Positions 12,291 through 64,000 of a stretch of 64,000 bases of DNA are shown piece after piece (position 1 is the stretch's first letter; the number at the start of each line of letters is the position of its first letter). The notes under the pieces were generated by a model, which was given only the letters and a program-made list of their open reading frames with translations, had not been told where the DNA came from and did no database searches. The stretch lies in contig NC_043004.1 in NCBI RefSeq assembly GCF_006345805.1, positions 63,550,001 through 63,614,000 on the forward strand, read 5' to 3'. Source of the DNA: Octopus sinensis. Its lineage: Eukaryota. A program made the position numbers and the translations under genes.

Positions 12291-14779
12291 GATACCTTGC
12301 TTAATCACGTCCAAATATACGGCACGGAACTCGCCACGGATAGGCTTGCACCGTGGAGCTAGTGCATCGAAGAAGAATACGACCATTGTAGACTGACCAG
12401 TAGGGAGGCAGAGTATATGTGCGTACTATCGCATGCAGCGGATGGCTATGAGGTGGACGGTTGCGGACTGATATTCTCGATATAGATTGAGACACACACA
12501 CACTCACACACACACACACACACAAACATACACACACACAGTACACACAGCGTTTGTGAAGTCTTTGAGTAGAACAGATGGCAGTTATAAGTAAATATGC
12601 AGGGCGTTCTTACTGTTGAGCATGAAGAAGAAGGTATTTTCGACGGGCTTCAATTTTCTGAGACAAATGAACGGTCATCCTTTACACTGGTTGCAAAGAT
12701 ATTACTTGGCAGTTCATAAAGCAGGTAACCACTTTGAAATTGTAGAGAACATGCTTTCTTTTCTTTTAACTTCACTCTAATATCAATCAAAATATCAATC
12801 TAATATCATCAATCTAAAATCATCAAAATGCATTACCTTCAGAACCACTTTGATAATTTGTCACACTTAGTTGTTAACCAGCAATGAACAAAGTGAACGA
12901 TTATACCTAGATTTAAAACTATGAACACTGGGATACGAATATGATGATGTATACCTGCAACACCATTCAATGCGATTATTCTGAGGCAGATCACCAGAGA
13001 ACTTCACTCAGTCGCCGCTTTCGTGAGACGCCTGAGTATCTAGGCTTGGGTCACTTCTCTTTGATTACATGGGTGTAATTTATTTAGAAATATATAACTG
13101 CTACCTGAACATGTTGGATAAAGAAGAAAAGTAACAGTAAATAATTGAAGGCATCAATCCTTGCATGCTTTTGGTTGCTGCATACAAAGAAAAGATCTTG
13201 GCAATCGGAGCAGATAACAGAAAACTGGGAGAACTGATGGAATATGAAAAATCAACCATAGATATTGACATGAAAGTAGATCTAATATGCTAGGCTCCAA
13301 ATCCCGTGTTATCTAGTGGTATCATATCTTCAGTAATCATATAAAGCATATATGATTCGATCCCCCACAAATTCGTTACATATTGTACATATTGAAGAGA
13401 ACTGATTCGTGTCTGCACAGATATACGAAAATGATTACCTGCAGGGTTAGCTAATGCCCCTAGATAGATGCACATTATGTCTCTAGCGAACGTGGTAGTT
13501 TTAAGTGTAGTCGGTACTGAAGGTGAATAAGTTGAATAGTATCGGAGGTTGTTGTTAAATTCTTTTGGATGTAGGAAGCAGCGGAAGGCTTTACACAAAT
13601 CATAGGAAACTTTAGTATGGCCACCAGACATTGTTTATGGTTATGAAACATATGGCTAGTGTACTTAAACCTTACCAGATTTAAATTCAGTGGAATACAT
13701 TTAGATTTTTACTGCTAGTAAGAACTCATGTCAAGTCTTCGATGCGCAAGTTGCCTGAAATTCTATCGAGAGCTTTCAAACATTTTCTAATAACGTAAAT
13801 TTAAACTATACTAGATTGGAATTGCTTCAGGTAATTATAAAATATATCCTGAAATACCTCTTGCAAATTGTTCAACTGCAGACACAAACACGCGCACAAA
13901 AAAAAATCATACACCCATATATGGATGTACCTATGTATATTTAGACACCACTTATACACACATACATGCCCCTACATTTGTCAATATAAATACCCATATA
14001 TATGTGTGTATATGCATTTGTGTTTCATTATGTGTTTGATGTGGAGTGTTATGTCTGCTCTATTTTTGGAAAATCTCTTTGGTTTAATAACCCACTCGTA
14101 ATGTTACTGTAGTCTAAGGAAATCTAACATGAGTGTGATAAGAGTCTGCTAGACTGGTTCTTACCTAGTTTGGAGATGGGTGTAGATGACATTTTATTAT
14201 AGAAGGCTTACGCAAATGATAGCTGGGAAAAGGATCTAAGAAGTTAGTCTCTCCAGGCAAGCTTGTCCTAATATTACAAGCGATGCCATCTAAAGTATAT
14301 AACATATTCGTATCTAAAACAACACCCTACATCTTTCCACCTCATGCCTAACTGTCTTGTACGCATTTATTTTTCTTTATATTTCTTTCCTTCACTTTTT
14401 CTTCACCATTAGTTCTTTCTTTCTTTATTCTTTATCATTAACTTCTTAACGATAAGAAAGAATAAATGATGCCCCCTCCCAGATATCCATTCTTATAACC
14501 CTACTATAATAAAATATCATATACACGTCTACCAGCCTACTAAGAACAAGTCTAGTAGTGTAGCTGAACTTAAATGACATATTACTCCCTCTCACAAACC
14601 ATATTCTTAAGCTCTACTATGTCATTGTTGACATCGGAAAAGTTCAGCAGCGTCCCAGTTATATTCTCGTGGTATTCTTTTTATTTGTAACATAACTTTC
14701 CATCTGATGATTACTGCATCCTTTTTTTGGAATGGTTTAATGTTCTCATTCCTCTATTAAAAGTTGCTAAAGCTAAATT

Positions 14780-15925
14780 ATCAATTTAATAAATTCAGTC
14801 AAAAACACCACCACAAGCAACAATAACTAACGCTACGCAAGGTCGAGATCGTTTACAAGCTCGTATTAGGTTGTCTTTGTTCATGTCGGACATGAATCGA
14901 ACTATGGCAGCTTTCAAAGAATCTTTGGTGTTATGGGGGATGCTATGTGTGTGCTATGGTGGGGTGCTATGAGGTGGACATTTCTCTCAAAAACGCTCCA
15001 TACATAGTAGTCCAGTGGATTGAGATCTGGAGACATAGGAGGCGAAATGTTGGGAATGATGTGATCATTTAAATTGTCGGTTATCCATTCTTGTATCATT
15101 TGAGCCTTGTGTGATGGTACACAAACTTGTTGAAAGGCATAAGTCCTTCCATTGCATACACTGTTGATCTTAACTTTATTCAGAACGTCAATTTACGCAG
15201 CAGCATTCATTCTAAGGCCTTTTGGAAAAGGTTGAGGAGGCATCACATGTCCTTCACCAAGAATCATGACACTTGCAGGAGATTTTGTGTGAATTCCTCT
15301 TAGAACCTCAGGCGGGTCTACACATATGCTATCTGTCATATCTTGTTAGATTTCTGGTCCTAGTCAAAGTTTTCTCATTTGAAAAATCCAATAACACCAT
15401 TTCTCATGGATTTTTAAGTTTGTTCGAAATTCTACTGGATCCGATTAAACGGTTTTCTTTCGATTTTCTGACATGAATTGACCTCTCGTCATTACGTAAT
15501 ATTTGTATCTGATGTCTCCATGTACAACATTTCTGACTGCTTTTTCTGACACATGAAATCATTTTGCAATTGTTCTCATTGACTTTCCTGGATTGTCTCC
15601 AATGTTTTACTTAACCTCCTAAATGAATTCAGGTGTTCTGATTAAATGTTATTTTTTTAATGTTTTGATACAAGTGACAAGCTTTCATCTTCTTTCTCTA
15701 ACTCACACCGAATCTTATGGGTAAAAGATCATGCAACATTCAGAAACCAAGAAATTCCTAGATCACCATGCTTAGGTTTCAAAGCCATAATCACAGCATG
15801 CTTTTTCATTTCATCAGTAAGCATAAGGCCTGTTATTGATATTTTCTGAACTAGAAGTTTAAAAAATAAGTCAAGTAAAATAATGATAAAAATGCATGTG
15901 TCCCCAAAGATCGTCCGCACCTTAT
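14780..15925 (-). mobile_element. Decayed Tc1/mariner-superfamily transposon, DD37D (maT)-type
   Basis: YAFQQ[V]CVPSHKAQ...SPDLNPLDYYVWSV, with 37 residues between the second catalytic position (now V) and the last D. N-terminal KKHAVIMALK helix region at 15730-15820. Confidence 0.85.
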
Positions 15926-16027
15926 ATACATAATTTGAATTTCATACCCAAACTATTGGGTTTAAAATATCCAGTGTACTGCATAATTACCCCCCTCTCT
16001 CTCATATATAAATATACATGCATACAT

Positions 16028-16079
<52 letters not shown>

Positions 16080-16108
16080 GCATGTATTTATGTATGTATG
16101 CATATAGA

Positions 16109-16150
<42 letters not shown>

Positions 16151-16174
16151 TATTTATGTATGTATGCATATAGA

Positions 16175-16223
<49 letters not shown>

Positions 16224-16751
16224 TTTTCTTTATTTGTGAATTAAAGCTACCATCGGTTTCATGTTAAGAAAAGTAGGAAAATATCCAAGAATATTAACAA
16301 TTATCAACCCGATCATATGGAGAAAGGTGTTCGTCTCCATTTTTGATAAACAAATTCCTTTCTTTCATGGGATTTCTCGCGAATCCGCATAATTGAAACA
16401 ATGAAACAATGAATCAAGGAACGCTACTGTAGATCCACTATTTCATTGTTTCATTTTGTTAGTATATAGTTGTTGATGGATTGATATATCTACAATGGAA
16501 TATCTAAATATCGATACATTGTAATCGGGTATAATTTTGTATATGCCATTCACTTTTGCTATAGTTTAGGTGGGATCTGTATATGTATGTGACAAAAATG
16601 CTTGTGTTCAGCTTCACACGTTTACACCCCAAGTTGAATAATGACTGCAAGCAGTTTGCCTCTCTCCATTCTGTAGATGCAAGCGATATATATCGTGATA
16701 TAAATGAACACAAAGGGTTGCTGTTCAAAATATATTTAATCGGCCGCTTTT

Positions 16752-16768
16752 ATGTTTGCAATGTCTGA
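16752..16768 (+). CDS. Candidate first coding exon of the M13 gene (MFAMS + split codon E)
   Basis: ATG at 16752 and 16761 follow an in-frame TAA (16737). A perfect GA|GTAAGT phase-2 donor matches the phase-2 start of exon 24596 and gives MFAMSEKARKICIIG, a short basic cytoplasmic tail. Too short to confirm by homology. Confidence 0.35.
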
Positions 16769-17215
16769 GTAAGTGCACAAAGGTGGTAACCTGCAAAAAA
16801 ATTATTAGTATACAGCAAAGGGGAAATTCTTTAGAAGGATTAATATATCTTTTATTATCATCACCATCACTTCTATCTTCAGTGTCATATCAAATATAAT
16901 CCTTTCAATCACGGTAGGGTAGGATGACCAAAAATTTCAGCAACTGCATCCCGATTATTGCAAACATGTTACTCGAGTTTAATTTCAACATCACCTTCAT
17001 CATCATTGGACATATGCTTCCTTACTACAAATGTAAAATGATGTGCAACCCACCAATTTATACCCTTTGTATATGCCACCATATCTAACTGTCTGTCTAT
17101 GTATCTATCTTTCCGTCTATCCATCTATCCATCTACCAACCTTATCTATCTACACACGCAAGCGCAAACATACACACACATACATGTATATAATCATATA
17201 TGTATATACATATAC

Positions 17216-17287
<72 letters not shown>

Positions 17288-17673
17288 CACTAAGTAATGA
17301 TATCTGAATGTGTATGATGCGAATTTAGTTTATGATATAATAAAACACAATGACTGAAATACTTTTTATGTTAATTCAAATAACATTGTAAGAAGTAACG
17401 GAAGAATTTGACAACATATATTGTGAGTAGGTTCTTGATTTCGCCATTCATAATTTCAAGAGATGATGAAGTTTTCCAACTCACGAAGTACCAGCATGAA
17501 GCTGACTGTAATAAATTATTCACATACGCCAATATTTTGTTACTCTTTTACATGTTTTACTTGACTGTTACAATTATTGTGAACCACTTTGGATAATTTT
17601 AGTTAAACGAATCGTGTCTATAGTTCCTTTACTTTAACGCTAACTACGCAGTCTATCTGTCTATTTTGTCAGA

Positions 17674-17900
17674 ATGCTAGATTCTAGCTTAAGAGGACAA
17701 ACGAACACTGGTTGTCAGGACAGCGTTGGCTTGACTAATAGGACAAGTTACTCTCGCCTTGTCAACCTACTTAAGCGATATAGGCTGGCAAATCGATTCA
17801 GTCTGGATTATCCGAGCATTCCAACGTGGACTTCGAGTAATAACGACGGATCAATCCGGTCTTATATAGATAGAATTATAGTTAATATTAGAGGTGTCTT
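17674..17900 (+). mobile_element. Tx1 APE endonuclease fragment
   Basis: RFSLDYPSIPTWTSS...RSYIDRI parallels RFRLDH...PTW...RSYLDRI at 730-820. Confidence 0.75.
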
Positions 17901-18770
17901 TTGGGTGTAGCTTCTTCATGTCGCTGTATAGCTTCCATGGGATTTTTACATAAGTGAGGACACCTTCTTCAATATAACTCTGGAAGATTCTTGCTTACAG
18001 GTTGGGCACAATCACGCCCGCCAAATACATGTTCGTGTTCATGAATACTATCATTACCGTTTCCGTTTTTCCCAACAGGTTTAGTGGCCTGTACCAGGCC
18101 AACTCTTTTTCGTTCCTTTGCTTTCTATCAGCTTTTCAGCAGTGGCTTTCCTGGCTCTTTTTAGGATTTTCTTTTCCCTTTTTGGGAATGTTGTCGGTAA
18201 CCCCTAATTTGAGCAACATTTTCACCTACCGAGTTGCTCAGGTACTTTCACTCTATGACCTCAGCATTAATTTGCTTGCTTCATCTAGACCGTGTGTGGT
18301 GGCCCCTTTCTGGATATCGACAGTCTGGAGCCTGCCGGGTGTAACACTATTTGCAACAATGGCTTCAGTTTCATTACCACCGTTATTCACAATATTTTGT
18401 TTATTCATTGTCACTCATATGAGGCTGCTATTATCAGGTTATGCAATTACCAGTGTATTCATTGTGACACCATCACTAGATGTATCATTAATCTAGACAT
18501 GGGGAGACTCGGGGAAACTCTACCCGCTTTTTTCATTATTATTATTATTATTATCATCACTGATATCACTGATATTCCTGTGCTATCAGAGTAGTAGTAG
18601 TTGTAGTATTTGTAGTATTAGCATCTGCAGCATATTATCATTATTTTAATTTTTATCATTAACACCATCACCACCAATACCGCTGTTATTATCATTATTA
18701 CTATTTCAATTTATTATTTAAGGATTTTGTTAAATGTTCTTATTTTCTTGTACTTGGGATAATCATACAT

Positions 18771-19270
18771 ATGTGGATTTTGAAAGAAATGGGGGAGGGA
18801 AAATAGCACCTTAGTGATTCTACAGGTCTATAAATAGATTCGGCAGTTGGTGGGGAGATCAGCCATAGGGACAAAAGAATCTTGGAACATTTTGGGTCAG
18901 CGGAGGTCAAATGTGTTTACTACTACCAGCAACCGCTGGAAGCGCTGATTTTGCCCTTGAGAAGAGGCAATTCAAACTGTTCTATTTGTAATTTATTGCA
19001 GAGAAAACAATAATGTATATATGTGGATTTTGAAAGAAATGGGGGAGAGAAAATAGCACCTTAGTGATTCCACAGGTCTATAAATAGATTCGGCAGTTGG
19101 TGGGGAGATCAGCCATAGGGACAAAAGAATCTTGGAACATTTTGGGTCAGCGGAGGTCAAATGTGTTTACTACTACCAGCAACCGCTGGAAGCGCTGATT
19201 TTGCCCTTGAGAAAAGGCAATTCAAACTGTTCTATTTGTAATTTATTGCAGAGAAAACAATAATGTATAT
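18771..19270. repeat. Near-perfect 250-bp tandem duplication
   Basis: 18771-19020 repeats at 19021-19270; I could see only 3 substitutions. Confidence 0.95.
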
Positions 19271-19274
19271 ATAT

Positions 19275-19660
19275 AGGCTGTGTGGTAAGCAGCTTGCTTA
19301 CCAACCACATGGTTCTTGGTTCAGTCCCACTGTGTGGCACCTTGGGCAAGTGTCTTCTACTATAGCCTCGGGCCAACCAAAGCCCTGTGAGTGGATTTGG
19401 TAGACGGAAACTGAAAGAAGCCCGTCGTATATATATATGTATATATATGCGTGTGTGTCTGTGTGTCAGTGTTTGTGCCCCCAACATCGCTTGACCAACT
19501 GATGCTGGTGTGTTTACGTCACCGTAACTTAGCGGTTCGGCAAAACAGAACGATTGAATAAATACTAGGCTTACAAAGAATAAGTCCTGGGGTCGATTTG
19601 CTCGACTAAAGGCGGTGCTCCAGCATAGCCACAGTCAAATGACTGAAGCAAGTAAAGTAG
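19275..19660 (+). mobile_element. tRNA-derived CORE-type SINE (family B); second copy at about 43985-44285
   Basis: TGTGTGGTAAG / GGTTCAGTCCC Pol III-like boxes, then GGCACCTTGGGCAAGTGTCTTCTACTATAGCC core and an internal (TA)/(TG) run. Confidence 0.8.
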
Positions 19661-19733
19661 TATATCTATATATACACATATATACTGATATTCACGTTGT
19701 TGATTTTATAATTATTATTTTTATTATTATTAT

Positions 19734-19798
<65 letters not shown>

Positions 19799-20049
19799 AT
19801 TGTACTGGTAGCAGCCGCGGTAGTATTAGTATTAGTATTAGTAGTAACATTCGTCTTAGCCGTACTTCGACCATCTTCGAAAGCTATCATATCCGCTTCC
19901 TGATTTATTCTGGTTACAGTGCAAGAGTTACAGTTGTGGCCGGTGTTAGTGTTGTCGCTGCATTAACCTATGCTATGATTATATATATATTTTGACAGCA
20001 CTGCTTATATGCGTTATTCATGCAGATTGAATTAAGTTTACGCTTATTA

Positions 20050-21470
20050 GATGAAGTAACATTAGATTCTATACTGGGCGGAGAAGAGGAGGATAATTTC
20101 AGGGTCGATTTTTTAAGAATGAGTGGTATTTATGATGAGATGAGAAGTTAAGAGTCTACTATTGTAAAAAAAGATTCTGTCTAAGCTCCTAACGTTTAAA
20201 TCGAATTCGAGTGTAAACCAGAGAATCAACGTTCTTTCACCTTCATTAGGCAATATAGGGGAAGTTTAATCTATCTCATTTGTTAGAGGAGAGTTCCGGC
20301 ACTCAGTGTTCATTATCAGCTTCAATTTCGACCGAGAGTTATACGGGTAAGCGTAGGACGGTCGAGAGCGTCCTGGTCGAGGTTCTTTTAGGTTTGTAGC
20401 AAGCTTTCATTGTGTATGTCTACACTGGGAGACTTTTTACGTGTCCATAGTGGGGTATGCCCCACACCCGAGATTGAGTTTAGAGATGTGTGTCTTAAGC
20501 TTAGTGCTTGCTATATATTTAATTTACTGGGAGAATCAACTGGCGTCTGGTTATTGTAAGTAGAGTGGCTATTGAAGATTTCCTACGTGGCTGAGAGATC
20601 TGATATCCGGATAGATACGCCTTTCGTTACACTATCGAACGTGATTAACGTTTATGTTAATGTATCAGGGATACTGATTAGGTTTAAGGTAGGGCTCTAT
20701 AGTGAAGATTTTAAATCTGAAATAACATCTAGAACATTAGCTGCTTTTTAAGTCTTTTCAAATGTGATGGATAAATTACAATTAGCAAAGATGTTTAGTA
20801 AATATGTTCTAGTTTTCGCTATTCTGGTCTAGATAGGCACATATTAACCAATAATACAATGGCCCTATACAAACCCCACTTGGTATTAGGGAAATACATG
20901 CGGAGTCGCTGGTCAAGGATTAGACCAACCATATCCATGATCCGAGCAGAATCAGAGGAGCTCAAAGTTATATCGAAGAAATTGTTACTATTATTATTAT
21001 TGATGGTAGATCGGCACCAAAGCTTATCATCGAAGGAAATGAGTGTCTTTCTAGAAGTTAGAATTACGTCTATTTCTTAGAGGGTCAGGCTAGTTAGGTT
21101 TTCAGCCAGAATGTGAGTTTTGTTATGGAGGATAGGGGATACAGAAGTGCAATAATTGTTTGATATAAAATTGTAGGAATGAGTAAGTGTTTTTATTTTC
21201 AAGGAGGTAAAAGATGGTTATAAAATTACCTGTGCAAGACCAGTAGTTAACTTCTAATTTTTCCTTGACTATAGTTATTATATTGTCTGATATATTCTTA
21301 CTAAGTCCGATTTGGTAGGGCAGGGGAACCTTATGTGGGGTTTGGTTATGAAATCCAGCTTCTGGTCTTTAAGGTTGAAATGTGTAACTGGTGTTTTTTA
21401 GGGTTCAGTAAGATCCTCTACTCCAAGTTCGTTCACCAGTTTACAGTGGTTGGTGTTAATGGTATTCTGG
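20050..21470 (-). mobile_element. Penelope-like retroelement, decayed RT and probable GIY-YIG
   Basis: NFFDITLSSSDSARIMDMVGL...WGLYR(A) resembles FDITMGSxDSAqIxDLVG...GLYRDD. A YIxL..KER-like segment lies near 20260. Confidence 0.65.
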
Positions 21471-21619
21471 GCGGACAAACAGCTTACTTCATCACCCAAA
21501 ATGCACGTCTTCTCCGATAAAACTGGAAATATATATTCACTTACTATTGAGGGCTGTATTAGTTTTATTTAGGAAGGAACTGCATGAGTCCAACAAGATC
21601 GCTCCGACGTCCGTCCTGG

Positions 21620-21980
21620 ATACCACAAACACCAATCACTGTAAACTAGTGAACGAATTTGGAGTAGACAATCGAATGGAGTGCTACAAACCAAGTGTTT
21701 CACATTTCAACCTTTGAGACCACAACCAGGATTTCATAACCAGATTTTCTATAAGGATCATCTGCCCTACCAAATCGGATTTAGCAGGAATCAATAAGAA
21801 CATATGAGATTATATAATACCATCCGGAGAGGCTTCTCCGAAAAGATTCAAAAGATATGCGGTCCATATGACATCAAGACAGTATTCACGAGTAATAAAA
21901 CACTTCGAGTAAAAACACCAATAGAAGAGAATATGACATTAACTTTTAGCTTTGAACAGGTGATGTTATAGCCTAGTTTC
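21620..21980 (+). mobile_element. Penelope-like fragments: inverted copy of 21270-21470 plus a GFSEKIQKICGPYDIKTVF segment
   Basis: 21620-21800 is a diverged reverse complement of about 21270-21470. 21830-21940 resembles the linker between RT and GIY-YIG in PLEs. Confidence 0.55.
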
Positions 21981-22569
21981 ACTTCCGTGAAAATAAAAAC
22001 TCCTCCGCATTCCAATAATTTGATATCAACAATTACTACGCTTCTATATGCCCAATCCTGTCTGGATTTACTTGGGATTATACTAATGACCTATATCACC
22101 GCTGACGTACAGGCCAACATCCATACCCTCTGGAAGAAGATGAGCTGTGAACTTTATCCTCCTGTCTTTACTGTTCTATCTTCTATTTTATTCCCTATCC
22201 TTCTGTTTACTATTTTATTCTTTTATACTCTACGAATTCTGTGTCTGGACATTTCCAACATGAACACCTTGTCTCTGATGATGGGAAACCCAGTGTATGG
22301 AGATGCTGACCCATCTCCTAACATATACCAGAAACAGTTGTAAGACATTAATTACTTCTAATTCACCTGAATATAACTGGATACTCTGATCCGAAATACC
22401 CGCAATGCATTGGTTTTGTTGTTGTTTTTCTTCTAATAAACATCTGCTAATTCGGAAGTCTTCTGCGGATCCCATCCCTCAACTCAGAATTTGTAACCTA
22501 ACAGATGACTAATTATAGCAGTTACACACCGTATCCGTTTGGATCATCAGTGAAATTAAACACCTATAA

Positions 22570-22630
<61 letters not shown>

Positions 22631-22684
22631 CGGAGATGTACTCGCATAGCAAGTAATTTGATCTGAGATCGTGTGCTGAAACGA

Positions 22685-22952
22685 AAACAATTGCAGCGTG
22701 GAAGGTGTTTATAAGCCATTTAAGTAACACACAAAAGCCGTTCGATTCACTTCAACATTTAAGTTTAATTTGTCAAAATATTTTCGTCGCTAAAATCCGC
22801 GACGTGTTCACTGACAAAGTCCGTGCTGCAGTGAACACGTCGCGGATTTTAGCGACGAAAATATTTTGACAAATTAAACTTAAATGTTGAAGTGAATCGA
22901 ACGGCTTTGTGTGTTTCTTAAATGGCTTATAAACACCTTCCACGCTGCAATT

Positions 22953-22957
<5 letters not shown>
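22685..22957. repeat. Fold-back palindrome, 129-bp arms, 15-nt spacer
   Basis: 22685-22813 is the near-perfect reverse complement of 22829-22957; both sides lie near (TA)n. Confidence 0.95.
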
Positions 22958-23023
<66 letters not shown>

Positions 23024-23402
23024 TATATATATGTATATATAATGTATATATATATATTTTTTTTATATATACATATGTATATGTATATATGTATATATAT
23101 TATATATGTATGTAAATATATCTCTGTATATATATGTATGTATATATATATGTATATATATATGTATATATATATATGTATGAATATATATATGTATGTA
23201 TATATATATATGTATGTATATATAAATATGTATATTTATGTGTATATATATAAATATATATATATATGTATATATATGTATATATGTATATATATATACA
23301 TATATATGTGTGTATATATATATACTATATATATGCATATATATATGTATGTATATGTATGTATATATATATGCATATATATACATATATAAGTATAAAT
23401 AT

Positions 23403-23445
<43 letters not shown>

Positions 23446-23468
23446 TATATACATATATATATATATAC

Positions 23469-23539
<71 letters not shown>

Positions 23540-23560
23540 CATATATATATACATATATAC

Positions 23561-23609
<49 letters not shown>

Positions 23610-23610
23610 T
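22958..23610. repeat. Long compound (TA)n/(TATG)n/(TG)n microsatellite
   Basis: Directly visible; source of several spurious YI-repeat ORFs. Confidence 0.95.
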
Positions 23611-23639
23611 GTATAAGATATATATATAATTAACAGCGG

Positions 23640-24180
23640 ATCTTGAAGCAATCCAGAGAAGAGTCACAAAGAAGATCATCTCTTTGCAACAGCTCAGGTA
23701 CTGGGAAAGGTTGAAACTGTTAAGACTCTACTCCCTGGAGAGAAGACGGGAGAGGTATGCAGTAATATATATCTGAAAGATCCTGGAAGGATTCGGGCCA
23801 AATGTTGCCATTGAAAGCTACACCAATGCCAGGGCGGGACGACACTTCATAGTGCCAAATATCCCAGCAATGCCACCACGCTTCAGGACCATTTACTGCA
23901 ACAGCCTGGGTTTCAAGGGATCACAGCTTTTCAATAGTCTCCCAAAGAGTCTGAGAAAGTTGCACAAAGTAGATATAGGTGTTTATAAATCAAAGCTGGT
24001 CCTCTTCCTAGCGTGAGTCCCAGATGATCCTACCTCACGGCAAGAGTTGCAATTGAGTGTAGCTTATCAAACTCCACTCTTCACCAAGTGTCACACATTA
24101 GAGGAGGCTCTTAGTAATAACATGTAGCAAAACGGCGGTGCCTCAGCATGGCCGCATCTCTGAGGTACAACTAAAGAAAA
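23640..24180 (+). mobile_element. CR1-clade LINE 3' end (small - strand copy at about 34310-34385)
   Basis: [12 protein letters not shown]...[20 protein letters not shown]...LFNSLPKSLR...KSKL...VPDDP. Confidence 0.85.
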
Positions 24181-24229
24181 AATGTATATATCTATATATG
24201 TATATATATATATATATAAATATATGTAC

Positions 24230-24260
<31 letters not shown>

Positions 24261-24595
24261 TATAATGGTGAAATAACTTAAAGACAAAACACAAAAATAC
24301 TTTTTGTTGCTACTGTATCTGACGGAAGAAAAAGAAAATGAATGAAAGAAGCAAACAAACAACGATAGAAAGAAAGAAAGAAAAAGAGAAGGAAAGAAAG
24401 GAGGATCAGGATTATTGATTAATGTTAGTACGCTGTTATGTATGCTACATGGAGAGAAATTTAGTTTTCTTGAGTGTCAAGCTTCGATCCCTTTATTTTC
24501 TCACTAAAGCCTTACGTTTGCATCACAAATATATTGAAATATTTCCATCCCTTTCTAAATACATGCAATATTTTAACTATATGTTTTATTTGCAG

Positions 24596-62873
<38,278 letters not shown>

Positions 62874-62931
62874 GTAAGATTTTTTTAAAACTTTTATCGT
62901 TAACATCATAATACACACAAACACACACATA

Positions 62932-62977
<46 letters not shown>

Positions 62978-62996
62978 CATATATATATATATATAC

Positions 62997-63106
<110 letters not shown>

Positions 63107-63606
63107 ATATATATATATATATATATATGCATATGTATATGTATATATGAATCTTGCAACACAAATACAGAAAATATATGTATATATATATGCATGTGTG
63201 TATATATGTATATATATACATATATATAGTCAATTCGAGGATGACAGGTTCTCATTAGGGATTAAATCGAAACATTACAGTGGTTAATCACTATCACAAA
63301 GAGATAGTCTCGACAATATGTTAGGGATTATTATAGTAATACATATTGTTAATAAGGAAACAAAATAATGGAGAATTATGGATGTATAATTAATTACTTG
63401 TATGATATTATGAAGATGAAATTGTTTTTATAAAAAAATACAAATTTATTATAAATTAAAAAGTAATTTCAGATGCCAAATCTACATATATGTTTCGATT
63501 CATACCCCTAGGTAATTTGTGATTGGAAGCATTTACGTAGGGTCAAATATTAAGAATTGTCATTAGGGCTTTATGAGCTTATGCGACAAAGGGTATCATA
63601 TTTCTA

Positions 63607-63835
63607 GGCGGCGAGCTGGCAGAATCGTTAGCATGCCGGGCGAAATGCTTAGCGGTATTTCGTCTGCCGCTACGTTCTGAGTTCAAATTCCGTCAAGGTT
63701 GACTTTGCCTTTCATCCTTTCGGGGTCGATTAAATAAGTACCAGTTACGCACTGGGGTCAATATAGTCGACGTAATCCGTTTGACTGTCTTTGTTTGTCC
63801 TCTCTGTGTTTAGCCCCTTGTGGGTAATAAAGAAA
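63607..63835 (+). mobile_element. SINE family A, full length
   Basis: tRNA-like head with TGGCAGAATCG (A box) and GAGTTCAAATTCC (B box); body shared with four other copies in the window. Confidence 0.85.
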
Positions 63836-64000
63836 TAGGTATCATATTTCTTGAAGGGATTCAGACGAATTACTAATAAGTTTAAGAAGTTAGATCATAT
63901 ATATTGTGTGTATATATTTAGCTATAAATTATTGCTGTAACTAAATATAAAATAAGATAACATAATAATAAAAAGTAAAGTTAGAAGATAAAAGTTAAAG

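Noticed and set aside
12930-13035. Alternative first exon MMYTCNTIQ...RETPE with a phase-2 donor
   Set aside because: Weak donor (GTATCT) and no supporting homology.
13290-13631. 113-aa minus-strand ORF
   Set aside because: No recognisable motif or splice context; left unannotated.
22922-23679. Long YI/IY-, poly-I/L/N- and CV-repeat ORFs here and at 50838-51213, 55666-56188, 58625-59027 and 62844-63287
   Set aside because: These are translations of (TA)n, (AAT)n and (TG)n microsatellites, not genes.
63259-63320. Candidate next M13 exon [20 protein letters not shown] (VVNHY resembles VVNAFY)
   Set aside because: Its acceptor gives phase 0 but the previous exon ends in phase 2, and the donor is weak. 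It would work only with an alternative donor at 62835 that deletes about 13 residues. Unresolved without RNA data.

Overview
This is AT-rich, microsatellite-dense eukaryotic DNA, most likely from an octopus or related coleoid cephalopod (inferred from the SINE/LINE families and repeat load). The main host feature is a multi-exon + strand gene that the ORF track misses because its exons are short: a very divergent M13-family (neprilysin/ECE-like) type II membrane metallopeptidase. I joined 13 exons by hand (24596-62873, 1437 nt, about 479 aa) with consistent splice phases and no stops. One junction needs a GC-AG intron. A possible start exon lies at 16752-16768, and the catalytic HExxH exons should lie beyond the window. 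The rest is mostly transposable elements. Tx1/L1-type LINEs are stacked at (TATC)n arrays (1-6962). R4/Dong-type LINEs and a roughly 550-bp non-coding element are stacked in (AAT)n arrays (49.6-56.9 kb). There are also RTE, CR1 and Penelope-like fragments, DD37D and mariner DNA transposon relics, three tRNA-derived SINE families, fold-back palindromes beside (TA)n tracts, and a 1.7-2.3 kb tandem triplication. All translations and alignments were done by eye. Exon boundaries were counted individually; transposon boundaries are approximate.
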